The notes under the pieces: generated by a model
What the model was told of the DNA's origin: nothing
Database searches by the model: none
What the model saw: only the letters and a program-made list of their open reading frames with translations
Shown here: positions 1 through 8,699 of the stretch, piece by piece
Layout: the number at the start of each line of letters is the position of its first letter
Numbering within the stretch: the first letter of the stretch is position 1
Made by a program: the position numbers and the translations under genes
Virus record (IMG/VR): IMGVR_UViG_3300045988_066341
DNA length: 64,000 bases
DNA from: a virus
Reading direction: 5' to 3' (one strand)

Positions 1-2373
1 ATCCGGGGTTACGGTAATAGGATCAGCGTACTGACAAGTAGGACATTTAGGAGTGAACTCCTTGCTATAATTACCTACATATATCTTCAGCTCATCACAA
101 GTACCACGATCATTGGCTATAGCCTGACCTTGCGCCTTGACAGCGGCCTTGGCAAGCTCATCGGCGGCGAACTGGCTCTCATAAGAATAGAACGGACCAC
201 CAGTGACATCAGCCTCCGTAACGTTAACAGATGAAGGTATCAATCCGGATGGACAATTATTCTTCTCGAACACCTCACTATAATGACCGGTGTACTTAGG
301 AGCCTCATGGCAAGTACCACGCTCATCGGCAACCCTCTGTCCTTGATTCATGACAGCGGCCATAGCCACCAAGTTAGCCTCATCCTGCGATACGCAAGAC
401 TGGAACGGATGACCATCGACCATATCCTGTGTCACGGTGAACGGATCTCCTATCTGATTAGCTCCACAATTGCTCTTAGTGAACTCGAAGCTAGCCCTAC
501 CGGTATACATAGTAGCGTCAGAACAAGTACCCCTGGTGTTAGCCAAAGCCTGTCCTTGAGCCTGTACGGCGGTCATGGCCATAGCGTCAGCGGCGGTCTG
601 GGAGTCGTTAGACTGGAATGGGTGTCCTTCTACCATATCTTGGGAGATCGTCACCTTAGATCCGATCTTACACTCACCACAGTTGTTTCTCGTGAACTCC
701 AAGGAAGCACGGCCGGTGTACGTACAAAGGGCGTGGATATTGGCAAGGGCCTGTCCTTGGGCGTCAACGGCGGCCTTGGCCTTATTATTGGCATCCTCCT
801 GAGATACGGTAGACGTGAACGGATAACCGTCAACCATCCTATCATTTACCGTATAAGTACCACCAGTGCCAGTACCACAATTGTTACGGGTAAACGTACG
901 TGTATAAGTACCGGTATATACAGGCACCTTCTCGCACTTACCTTTCACGTTAGCCACATCCTGACCTTGAGCCTCGACGGCGGCCTTAGCCTTATTGTTG
1001 GCGTCTTCCTGAGATACGGTAGACCTGAAATCCCCTGTCACCATAGTCTCATCCACGGTAACCTTGGTTCCGTACTGAGTCTTATCGCAATTGTTTCTGG
1101 TAAATTCCTTGCTATACTTACCGTAGTAGATCGTCTTCTCCTTACACTCACCTTCTAGGTTGGCTTGTTGCTGGGCGTTAGCCTCAAGATCAGCCTTAGC
1201 CTTATCATCAGCGTCCTTCTGGGAGATAATAGAGAAGTACTTACCAGCGGAAACGACATAAGTATAAGGTTGACCGATATGGAACTCATCACAATTATTT
1301 CTCGTGACTGTCTTCTCCATCCTTACGTTATAGTATACGTTAGTCTGACAGTCGCCACGCTCGTTGGTGATAGCCTGACCTTGCGCCTCGACAGCGTCCT
1401 GCGCCAGCTTGTTGGCGGCATCCTGCGATACCGTAGAAGTGAACGGATATCCAGAACACATCTTCTCGTCCACAGTGAAGTCAACAGGAGTAGAACCCTC
1501 AGGGCAGTTGGTTCTCTGGAATACCTTGGAGTACGATCCGGTAAATACCGGTATCTTCTCACAGTTACCCTTGATATTCGCTATATCCTGACCTTGAGCC
1601 TCGACAGCAGCCCTTGCTAGGCTATTAGCGTCTTCCTGAGACACGATGGATCTGAAGTCTCCCGTAACCATCGTCTCGTTAACAACCACATCCGTACCGT
1701 ATTGGGTGGAATCACAATTGTTACGGGTAAAGGTCTTGCTAAACTTACCATAATAGATATTCTCCTTAGGCTTACACTCACCCTCCAAATTGGCTTGTTG
1801 TTGACCGTTCTTCTCAATGTCCTCAATAGCCTTCCTATCGGCGTCCTCCTGAGAGATGGAAGATACGTACTTTCCCTCAGGAATGATATAAACATATTCC
1901 TGACCGTCACTGAACTTATCGCAATTATTACGTATAAACGTCTTTCTCTGCTCCTCGTTATACCAGATATCAGTTATACACTCACCATGCTCGTTGGCGT
2001 ATTTCTGACCGTTCAGGGCTATATCCTCCATAGCCTTGGCGTCTGCGTCCTCCTGCGAGATAAACGACTTGTAAGTCCTTTCCTCGACCGTATACAACAC
2101 CACCGATCCATGCTGGTTGGCCAGACAGTCGTCCTTAGTGAACGGCTGAACCATCTTGATATTATAATAAACGGGCTTGGCGTCCTGAGCTATCATATAC
2201 TCCTTGACAATATTACCGTCCTTTGACGTTATACGGAACTTAGCCGTACAGATCTGACCGGTATAATTAGCCTTGTATACGATATTAAGCTTATTATCGC
2301 CTACCCCATGGCTCTTGTCGTTAATGGCAAAGCAATTACCCTCGACACAATTCTTATCTATTTCCCTTGCCAT
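1..2373 (-). CDS. Tandem-repeat fibre/adhesin-like virion protein, N-terminal 791 codons; the ORF continues past the left edge and is missing from the supplied ORF track
   Basis: ATG at 2373-2371, 1 nt after the stop of 2375..3181. My manual minus-strand translation in the frame ending at base 1 met no stop. At least 10 units of ~66 aa: F(T/S)RNNC..G..x(15-25)..SQEDAnxKA..x5..QGQ..AN..G.C. Resembles DUF5977-type repeats (from memory, unverified). Confidence 0.8.
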   Translation of the reverse strand, partial: MAREIDKNCVEGNCFAINDKSHGVGDNKLNIVYKANYTGQICTAKFRITSKDGNIVKEYMIAQDAKPVYYNIKMVQPFTKDDCLANQHGSVVLYTVEERTYKSFISQEDADAKAMEDIALNGQKYANEHGECITDIWYNEEQRKTFIRNNCDKFSDGQEYVYIIPEGKYVSSISQEDADRKAIEDIEKNGQQQANLEGECKPKENIYYGKFSKTFTRNNCDSTQYGTDVVVNETMVTGDFRSIVSQEDANSLARAAVEAQGQDIANIKGNCEKIPVFTGSYSKVFQRTNCPEGSTPVDFTVDEKMCSGYPFTSTVSQDAANKLAQDAVEAQGQAITNERGDCQTNVYYNVRMEKTVTRNNCDEFHIGQPYTYVVSAGKYFSIISQKDADDKAKADLEANAQQQANLEGECKEKTIYYGKYSKEFTRNNCDKTQYGTKVTVDETMVTGDFRSTVSQEDANNKAKAAVEAQGQDVANVKGKCEKVPVYTGTYTRTFTRNNCGTGTGGTYTVNDRMVDGYPFTSTVSQEDANNKAKAAVDAQGQALANIHALCTYTGRASLEFTRNNCGECKIGSKVTISQDMVEGHPFQSNDSQTAADAMAMTAVQAQGQALANTRGTCSDATMYTGRASFEFTKSNCGANQIGDPFTVTQDMVDGHPFQSCVSQDEANLVAMAAVMNQGQRVADERGTCHEAPKYTGHYSEVFEKNNCPSGLIPSSVNVTEADVTGGPFYSYESQFAADELAKAAVKAQGQAIANDRGTCDELKIYVGNYSKEFTPKCPTCQYADPITVTPD

Positions 2374-2374
2374 A

Positions 2375-3181
2375 TTATCCTTCAGTTATTCTCCATGAAA
2401 CATCATCTCCGGCCTCTACCCTCACGATTTGGGTATCACCATCCTTATTAAGCGTCAACCTTTGCGGATCCACGTTGAAGGGTGGTTCCGGTTCCGGCTC
2501 ACTACCATCACCGCAAGTGCAACATACCAGCTCGATATCATACTCGGTATTTGACTTGATATCGATGACAACCTGACCGTTCTCACTAGTTACGTTATCA
2601 AAGTCATGATCAAGTATGATATAAGGTATATCATTAGGCTGTTGATTGATATTAACAACCTTACCGTTCAAGACAAACATCTCATGATGTTGTTCGTTAT
2701 CCATATTCTTAGGCATAGCTATGACAAAGCTAGCCTCATACAAATCAGTGGCTCCGGGATCCTCAGGATCGGCATACACTATATATCTGCTATCCTCTTC
2801 CGGAACCTTCATGGATAAGCCATTCACGTTCATGGAGACTATATAAGACTTGCTCACCGAGCCACCAAGGGTAAGACAGGAGGCCTTGACCGAGGCGGAG
2901 TTAAGCTTGGCGTTGATGACCGCCGTCCCGCCCTCCATATCGAACATGATATTGGTCGGATCCACGCTTACCCGCTCCATGCCCTTCTGGGTTATGGTAG
3001 CGAGCTTCGTAACCTTGCCTTTCTCGACCGCTACGTAAGTCTCCCTAGGCAACCTACCCATCCATCCCGGCTCTACCTTAATAGCCACCTTGTCGGGGCC
3101 GGTACCGGAAATCTTGTCGTAGGACACCCATGAGGAGCCTTGCTCGATCTTGGCAAGAATATCTTTTAAATTACTAGCCAT
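2375..3181 (-). CDS. Hypothetical late-module (virion?) protein
   Basis: 268-aa ORF with 1-nt spacing to both neighbours, co-oriented with the structural genes. No family recognised. Confidence 0.6.
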   Translation of the reverse strand: MASNLKDILAKIEQGSSWVSYDKISGTGPDKVAIKVEPGWMGRLPRETYVAVEKGKVTKLATITQKGMERVSVDPTNIMFDMEGGTAVINAKLNSASVKASCLTLGGSVSKSYIVSMNVNGLSMKVPEEDSRYIVYADPEDPGATDLYEASFVIAMPKNMDNEQHHEMFVLNGKVVNINQQPNDIPYIILDHDFDNVTSENGQVVIDIKSNTEYDIELVCCTCGDGSEPEPEPPFNVDPQRLTLNKDGDTQIVRVEAGDDVSWRITEG

Positions 3182-3182
3182 A

Positions 3183-3497
3183 TCAATCCGCTTGCGTTAT
3201 AGTCCATTTATCACTCTTGCCGACAATAATCTCAAGGATCTTCTCTCCACCCTCAGGAGGATACTCGAAGTTAGTAGGCTTAATCTCAAATACGCTGGCG
3301 CCTCCACAACCAAGATCACAGATCATATCCGGCAACCATCCCTCCTCAAAAAACCGTTCTATAAGCTCCCTGACAGCCTCTGAAAAAGAATCAAGCTCTA
3401 ACCTGTCTACGGGAAGAGATCCCTTCTTGAGGGTCTCACCACATACCCAGCCGTCACACTCGGAAGCCAAGACCGTATCGTACACTCTTTTAGCCAT
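3183..3497 (-). CDS. Hypothetical protein
   Basis: 104-aa ORF tightly packed in the late operon. Confidence 0.5.
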   Translation of the reverse strand: MAKRVYDTVLASECDGWVCGETLKKGSLPVDRLELDSFSEAVRELIERFFEEGWLPDMICDLGCGGASVFEIKPTNFEYPPEGGEKILEIIVGKSDKWTITQAD

Positions 3498-3906
3498 AAC
3501 ATGAGGTATTTAAAATATTGCTATTCAATGTAGTATATACGATATTAACATCAGTGAACTCATCACCCATGCAATATTTCTTCTTAAACTTAACGGACCT
3601 GCCAGAAACGACATATCCGTCATTAGGGACGATAGTACCACAATAGGTAACACTGAGCACATTCAACGGCTCGTATCTTAATCTGACAGCTTGAACGCCC
3701 TTGAACGAGTCACGCTGGATGGACGCCGTGGCGCCAGATACGGCAACCAGCTTCCTTACCAGAGACTCGATTACGTTATTCATGCCATCACCGTTCCTGA
3801 TATCTGCCTCAGGAAACGACTGGCCGTCATATATGATCTGGGAGCTGTAGATACTACATTCGTTCCCCGGTCTATATTCCGGCTTACATGGATTACAATT
3901 TCTCAT
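3490..3906 (-). CDS. Small Cys-containing protein, member of a local paralog family
   Basis: 138 aa. Motif C.IYS..IIYDGQ...G..NVIESLVRKL resembles 3911..4150 and 4144..4545. Confidence 0.5.
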   Translation of the reverse strand: MRNCNPCKPEYRPGNECSIYSSQIIYDGQSFPEADIRNGDGMNNVIESLVRKLVAVSGATASIQRDSFKGVQAVRLRYEPLNVLSVTYCGTIVPNDGYVVSGRSVKFKKKYCMGDEFTDVNIVYTTLNSNILNTSCYG

Positions 3907-3910
3907 ATTA

Positions 3911-4150
3911 TCAAATTAATTTATTGATCATTCTTCTTAACTCGGATATCTCCGCATCCCTATCCCGTATAGCCTTTATCATAGCGTTAAGGACATCAGA
4001 CATATCACAATTAGGGGACAATCCCAGCGACTCCACACGTACCTTATCACCGGGGTAAATACAATCGGTACTCATGTACGTAGAGCACGGTACTTTCGTG
4101 TCGTCTACAGTAGGTCTGTATTGTTTTTTGTTGCAACCGTTCATCACCAA
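3911..4150 (-). CDS. Small Cys-rich protein with C-terminal coiled coil (paralog family)
   Basis: 79 aa. DCIYPGD..x..MSDVLNAMIKAIRDRDAEISELRRMINKLI aligns with the C-terminal half of 4144..4545. Confidence 0.5.
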   Translation of the reverse strand: MVMNGCNKKQYRPTVDDTKVPCSTYMSTDCIYPGDKVRVESLGLSPNCDMSDVLNAMIKAIRDRDAEISELRRMINKLI

Positions 4151-4545
4151 ACCTCCTCTTCAGTTCCGCTATCCCCGCCGCTACCACCGGCGTTGACAAG
4201 CTCGTTTATAATCCTCTTCAAATCCAGAACCTCACGATGGTATAAATCTATCTGCTTATCCCTAGACGCTATAATACGCCTCAATGAGTCTATAACGACA
4301 GAAATGTCAGTACCTTTCTCTATGCCATCCGCTACCAACTCATCGCCTGAGTACAAGACGCATTTATCATACAAGGTTATAGGACATCCATAACCAACAC
4401 AAGGTTCGTCCTGACAATCCCGATCGCAAGGATCACAAGGATCATCATAACATTTGTTAAGAAACTTATCTATCTTAACGCCATGACAACACTCTTCGGG
4501 ACGTTCCCGTGAATGATCATGACAACAACCACCTGAATTACACAT
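4144..4545 (-). CDS. Cys-rich protein with C-terminal coiled coil (paralog family)
   Basis: 133 aa. The N-terminal region has more than 12 Cys. KCVLYSGD..ISVVIDSLRRIIASRDKQI..LKRIINELV. TATCTTTG motif 24 nt upstream. Confidence 0.55.
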   Translation of the reverse strand: MCNSGGCCHDHSRERPEECCHGVKIDKFLNKCYDDPCDPCDRDCQDEPCVGYGCPITLYDKCVLYSGDELVADGIEKGTDISVVIDSLRRIIASRDKQIDLYHREVLDLKRIINELVNAGGSGGDSGTEEEVW

Positions 4546-4568
4546 ATGAATAATATTAATGTTTTTAG

Positions 4569-4576
4569 CAAAGATA
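4569..4576 (-). promoter_or_regulatory. TATCTTTG (-7 type) promoter motif
   Basis: 24 nt upstream of ATG 4545. Confidence 0.5.
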
Positions 4577-4621
4577 CTTATTTGGTTTGATTATAAGACA
4601 ACAAGACGTATGAAACAATAA

Positions 4622-4648
4622 GAGGTAGAGACCATAAGCCCCTACCTC
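4622..4648 (-). terminator. Hairpin terminator after 4689..5534
   Basis: GAGGTAG-13 nt-CTACCTC with a T-rich tail on the minus strand. Confidence 0.5.
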
Positions 4649-4688
4649 CAAACACTAATCTAACATTATGGAAAACACAAACGCATTC

Positions 4689-5534
4689 TTACCAATAACA
4701 TTGATCCTCTTGATCAATATTCTCAATCCATTTCTCGCACTCAAGATTAAGATCAGCGTACTCCTGCCCCTCTACCATCAAAACCTCACGGGCTTTGGCG
4801 TTGGCATCCTCTACTGATATCCATGATCTAAACCTATTGGCTTTGATAGAATAATATACCCTACCTGATTTATATCCAAACGGACATACCTTCTCAAACC
4901 AATCACCGATCGTAGTATTATAGAATACAGGGGAGCAACTACCTTCGGAGTTAGCCTTCTCCTGACCTTCTTTCATGAACTTCCTATAAGCTAACGTATC
5001 AGCATCAATCTGGGATATATCAGATATGACAGCTCCGGCTGGCAATTCATACACAATACCTTCTTTACCTGATGTCCCGGTCTCACAATCGTTCTTGTAA
5101 AACAAGCCACGAAGAGGCTGTGAGGCCCAGTCCTCGCAGCAAGCCCCAACGGCGTTGGCCTCCCCCTGCCCGATCCTTCCAAGCTCAACCATCGCCTTAT
5201 CATTGGCGTCTTTCTTGGATACGTATGACACAAACCTACCTTTCTCTACACATATCTGTTCCTTGGATCCCTTACCGCTTACGCAATTGTTCTTGATAAA
5301 CTCATCGCATACCTGATCATTATACCATACAGCCGGTATTATGTCGGCATATGTGTTGGCGTAATCCTGACCGTTGGCATTGACATCATCCTCAGCCTTA
5401 CTATCAGCCTCCTCCTGCGTATCGCCAAAATAAACATTGGCCGGGACCCGGTAGTCAACAGAGCCGCCCACGTACCCGGCAGGCGGGTTGTTTTTGGTGA
5501 ACGTCCGTACTATTTCTTTATTACTGTATATCAT
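4689..5534 (-). CDS. Repeat protein with 4 copies of the same ~66-aa unit as 1..2373
   Basis: 281 aa. Repeated F.KNNC..G..x..S..DAn.KA..x..GQ..AN..G.C. Has its own TATCTTTG promoter motif and a downstream hairpin. Confidence 0.7.
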   Translation of the reverse strand: MIYSNKEIVRTFTKNNPPAGYVGGSVDYRVPANVYFGDTQEEADSKAEDDVNANGQDYANTYADIIPAVWYNDQVCDEFIKNNCVSGKGSKEQICVEKGRFVSYVSKKDANDKAMVELGRIGQGEANAVGACCEDWASQPLRGLFYKNDCETGTSGKEGIVYELPAGAVISDISQIDADTLAYRKFMKEGQEKANSEGSCSPVFYNTTIGDWFEKVCPFGYKSGRVYYSIKANRFRSWISVEDANAKAREVLMVEGQEYADLNLECEKWIENIDQEDQCYW

Positions 5535-5551
5535 TACGATTCACTTTGTTA

Positions 5552-5559
5552 CAAAGATA
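5552..5559 (-). promoter_or_regulatory. TATCTTTG promoter motif
   Basis: 18 nt upstream of ATG 5534. Confidence 0.5.
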
Positions 5560-5574
5560 CAATTTAAAATCAAA

Positions 5575-6258
5575 TTACAAAGGAAGAGCCTTTTTGCTTC
5601 TCAAAACCTTATACAGATAATCCCTTAACTGTTCCTCGGTAACTATATATCCAAATTCAATCATCTTAGCTATATCAATCTCCAGCTCCATCAACTCCTT
5701 AGCCTTGGCCTCCTCGCCAACGGAATTTCTTATCATAGTCTCATGAAGACCGTAAACTATTATATTCAAAGATCTAGCTAAATCCTGTATTTTATCTTTA
5801 AACCTTGATGAGTCCACGATTTTAGATAAAGCGGAAGACATTCTCCTATAAGCATCACCAGCCTTATCTCTGTAATCTATAAGTTGATCATGTACAAACT
5901 TCAAAACCTGAACCTCAAATCTAGGATTTATCCACATGGCGAATTTTATAAATAACAAAGGATGCATCCATATCTTATCAGGTGTCTTGCCATGTTTTGT
6001 AACTCTACCTTTTACTTTTACAAATAACTGATTATCACCATTGTCCATTTTTGGACTATGGCTTTCATCATCCTTTAGAGCTTCTAAAAATTCTATGGTT
6101 TTAGGACTATCTATAAATACAGAAAACTTTCTTCTTATGTTATCGGGATTATCATTCCATTGCTTAAGTAAACTGTTGGCATCAAAATAACCATCACTAG
6201 TTCTTTGAAAAACGTTAAAATCACCCATTTTTCTTGTCAAAACATTTACCGTCTTCAT
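5575..6258 (-). CDS. KilA-N domain DNA-binding protein (moron inside the late module)
   Basis: The N-terminal ~120 aa fit the KilA-N pattern (..GYFDANSLLK..F..S..T.EFLEAL..x..IWMHPLLFIKFAMWINPRFEVQV). Preceded by a 12-bp-stem terminator. Confidence 0.7.
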   Translation of the reverse strand: MKTVNVLTRKMGDFNVFQRTSDGYFDANSLLKQWNDNPDNIRRKFSVFIDSPKTIEFLEALKDDESHSPKMDNGDNQLFVKVKGRVTKHGKTPDKIWMHPLLFIKFAMWINPRFEVQVLKFVHDQLIDYRDKAGDAYRRMSSALSKIVDSSRFKDKIQDLARSLNIIVYGLHETMIRNSVGEEAKAKELMELEIDIAKMIEFGYIVTEEQLRDYLYKVLRSKKALPL

Positions 6259-6334
6259 TTTTTAATCTAATTTTGAAGTTAATAATTAATTACTTTATGT
6301 CCACTCCCTCGTGAGAGTCAGTGGACATACAAAA

Positions 6335-6378
6335 ATAGCCAATCGAAATGATAAACACAAATCGATTGGCTATTTTTA
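6335..6378. terminator. Bidirectional terminator between 6402..6662 and the KilA-N gene
   Basis: Perfect 12-bp stem ATAGCCAATCGA/TCGATTGGCTAT with T-runs on both strands. Confidence 0.7.
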
Positions 6379-6401
6379 ATATCCCAAAATCAGGACATTA
6401 A

Positions 6402-6662
6402 TCACCCATTGCAAATCTTATCCTCTAAAGCATAAAGAACTTTCGCTACGGTCTTATCGCCACTTACCTTCACGCAAGACTCACCAAGATCCCGGACATC
6501 TATAGCCTCCCTGATACGGGTAAGCTCGTCATATATCTCCTCTATCACGTCGGAGATCATAACGCACTCACCAGAGTCCTTATATTTTGACCACTCTGGG
6601 AGATCACCCTCGTAAGGCACGCAAGTGGACGGGGTTATATGTGAACAACTGTATTTTTTCAT
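6402..6662 (-). CDS. Small Cys-containing protein (possible member of the paralog family)
   Basis: 86 aa. CVPYEGD..ISDVIEEIYDELTRIREAI. 4-nt overlap with the upstream gene. Confidence 0.5.
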   Translation of the reverse strand: MKKYSCSHITPSTCVPYEGDLPEWSKYKDSGECVMISDVIEEIYDELTRIREAIDVRDLGESCVKVSGDKTVAKVLYALEDKICNG

Positions 6663-6901
6663 ACTAGTAACCTGTTAATATGTTCCTTTAACGATCTTAT
6701 CTCATCCGGGCATAACCCGCAATCATTATCGCATAATGACCTTTGCAGACGAATTATCTTCCCCCAATAAGATACATCGGGCTTGTCTCCGATCCTATAC
6801 CTATGATACCTCATGTATCTACCCCATTGGCAAGATAACCATTCATCTACAGCCTTACATAGATCTATTCTATCAAGGCTTGATATACTTTGTGCGCCCA
6901 T
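6659..6901 (-). CDS. Hypothetical small protein
   Basis: 80-aa ORF overlapping its neighbours in the operon. Confidence 0.45.
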   Translation of the reverse strand: MGAQSISSLDRIDLCKAVDEWLSCQWGRYMRYHRYRIGDKPDVSYWGKIIRLQRSLCDNDCGLCPDEIRSLKEHINRLLV

Positions 6902-7223
6902 CGAGTATCTCCTTTCTCATTTCCTGTACCTCCTCATCAGGCGGGCATCCATATGGCAGGTTCTTGATCCACTCACGGATCTTCTTCTGCATGTTGAGAT
7001 AGACGATACCCACGTCACCTATGGTACGGGTCTGTTTGTATATGCTCACCACGTCACGCTCCATGGTCTTCAACGGATCGAGCATGACCATACAACCGGC
7101 GGTGCTCCTAGAAGCGTATTCCATATCGCTAACAACGGTAGAGGAAGCACGATTCATCATACTTCTCTCAATCCTTTCTCTCTCGGCCTTTAACGCCTTT
7201 TCCTTACAAGTATTACAACCCAC
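6873..7223 (-). CDS. Hypothetical small protein
   Basis: 116-aa ORF; the plus-strand ORFs here look like antisense shadows. Confidence 0.45.
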   Translation of the reverse strand: MGCNTCKEKALKAERERIERSMMNRASSTVVSDMEYASRSTAGCMVMLDPLKTMERDVVSIYKQTRTIGDVGIVYLNMQKKIREWIKNLPYGCPPDEEVQEMRKEILDGRTKYIKP

Positions 7224-7241
7224 GACTAAATATTTTTATGT

Positions 7242-8120
7242 TCAACAATCCACGCAATTAGTAGCCATCTCAAGAAGCTCTCCGACACGATCAATGATCT
7301 CATGAGCCGCCTCTATATTATCCAACCTGACGTTAGCTTCCGCTACAGTCATAAGCGTCTCCATCTCCTGTATCTTATTTATAAGATCCTTATCCTTATC
7401 CTCGCATAGGATATCAGTCTTAATCCATAGCCGATCAAGACGTCTGCGTATAAGATCCGTCTTAAGATACTTGCGACTGAAGTTGTAAGTAGAGGGGCTA
7501 CCTATGATCTTGATATCATATATACCATCAGGTAGATCAAGATACTTGACATTACAATCATCGTAATTAAAGCAATTAAGGCCTAATGTTAGGCTAGTAA
7601 AGGTATTGACCTGATTCTTGCCAAGGAACAACGTAACGGGGTCGGACATGCCCGGCGTAGTGATCTCGATAATCGCCTTCCTGTCCTCCAGTAGCCCCCA
7701 CTCGGACTCATCCAATACCTGAAGCACCTTAGGATCACGTGTCTCTAGTACCTGAAATGACAGCCGAATATCATTCATATTAACCTTCTTGTCGTACCGG
7801 CACAAGCTATCGTCATAACGAGCCTGCATATCAAGATCCGGGACATCGGTATAATATGTCTTGACCTCATGCCCGTTGATAAATACCGATGTTATCTGGC
7901 AAACATGAGACCTAGCGACATCGAAAAACACCATCCTTACATTACCCTCATAATCAACGCCAGATGTCGGGTATGTTAGTATCTGGGTATTATACTCACC
8001 ATCGTTACGTCTAGCCACGACAGTAATAACGATAGGTTTCTCTATATCGTAATCATCCATGATAATCCTTGCGGCAAACTTATCATGAATTATCTTCGGT
8101 ATGATATTTATCTGGTTCAT
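7242..8120 (-). CDS. Hypothetical late protein
   Basis: 292-aa ORF with a TATCTTTG motif 17 nt upstream. C-terminal helical segment ending in CVDC. Confidence 0.55.
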   Translation of the reverse strand: MNQINIIPKIIHDKFAARIIMDDYDIEKPIVITVVARRNDGEYNTQILTYPTSGVDYEGNVRMVFFDVARSHVCQITSVFINGHEVKTYYTDVPDLDMQARYDDSLCRYDKKVNMNDIRLSFQVLETRDPKVLQVLDESEWGLLEDRKAIIEITTPGMSDPVTLFLGKNQVNTFTSLTLGLNCFNYDDCNVKYLDLPDGIYDIKIIGSPSTYNFSRKYLKTDLIRRRLDRLWIKTDILCEDKDKDLINKIQEMETLMTVAEANVRLDNIEAAHEIIDRVGELLEMATNCVDC

Positions 8121-8136
8121 CTTAATATCTTTTTCA

Positions 8137-8144
8137 CAAAGATA
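8137..8144 (-). promoter_or_regulatory. TATCTTTG promoter motif
   Basis: 17 nt upstream of ATG 8120. Confidence 0.5.
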
Positions 8145-8171
8145 CTAATTTGAACAATATAACAAATGAAG

Positions 8172-8699
8172 CTATAAGATAAGAGCTGCAAGTAGATCTT
8201 CCTCACTAAGAAGAATACCTCCATTAATAGCCATAAACATGGCTAGATAAAGATAAAGAGACTTAAGATCATAGGTGAGCATCCTACTTCTAAGAGCCAC
8301 AATAAACCTATTAAGATCGGTATTATCCCCAGCTACCGACATGTAACTTTTAAAAAGAAAAGTATCGTATATAGGATCAGATATAGATAAACCAGCATTA
8401 TTATAAGAGATATCACACTTCTCTACCCATAATCTAATACATTTAATAATCAAATCTTTTACAACCGACTTATTCAACATACATCCGAATCTTACCAAAG
8501 CCACGATGTCACCCCACTTCTGACCATAAACATCCCTTATTACATACATAGCTCCATTTAACGGGTCTTTTACGATAGACGATAAAATATTCTTGCATCC
8601 AATAGAATCGGATAGCTCTTGGATGTTAAACATATCATTATCATGGTTAAAAACAATAGATATATCACCGCTTCTTATGACACTTAAGTTATCCATCAT
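8172..8699 (-). CDS. Hypothetical protein (AT-rich island)
   Basis: 175-aa ORF with a 4-nt overlap with 8696..9646. Confidence 0.5.
   Translation of the reverse strand: MMDNLSVIRSGDISIVFNHDNDMFNIQELSDSIGCKNILSSIVKDPLNGAMYVIRDVYGQKWGDIVALVRFGCMLNKSVVKDLIIKCIRLWVEKCDISYNNAGLSISDPIYDTFLFKSYMSVAGDNTDLNRFIVALRSRMLTYDLKSLYLYLAMFMAINGGILLSEEDLLAALIL

Noticed and set aside
283-2226. Plus-strand track ORFs 283..1158, 1165..1620 and 1702..2226, plus the small nested ones
   Set aside because: Their translations are low-complexity (Leu/Ser/Gly/Thr/Ile runs). They lie antisense to an uninterrupted, repeat-structured minus-strand ORF with a proper ATG at 2373, so they are antisense shadows.
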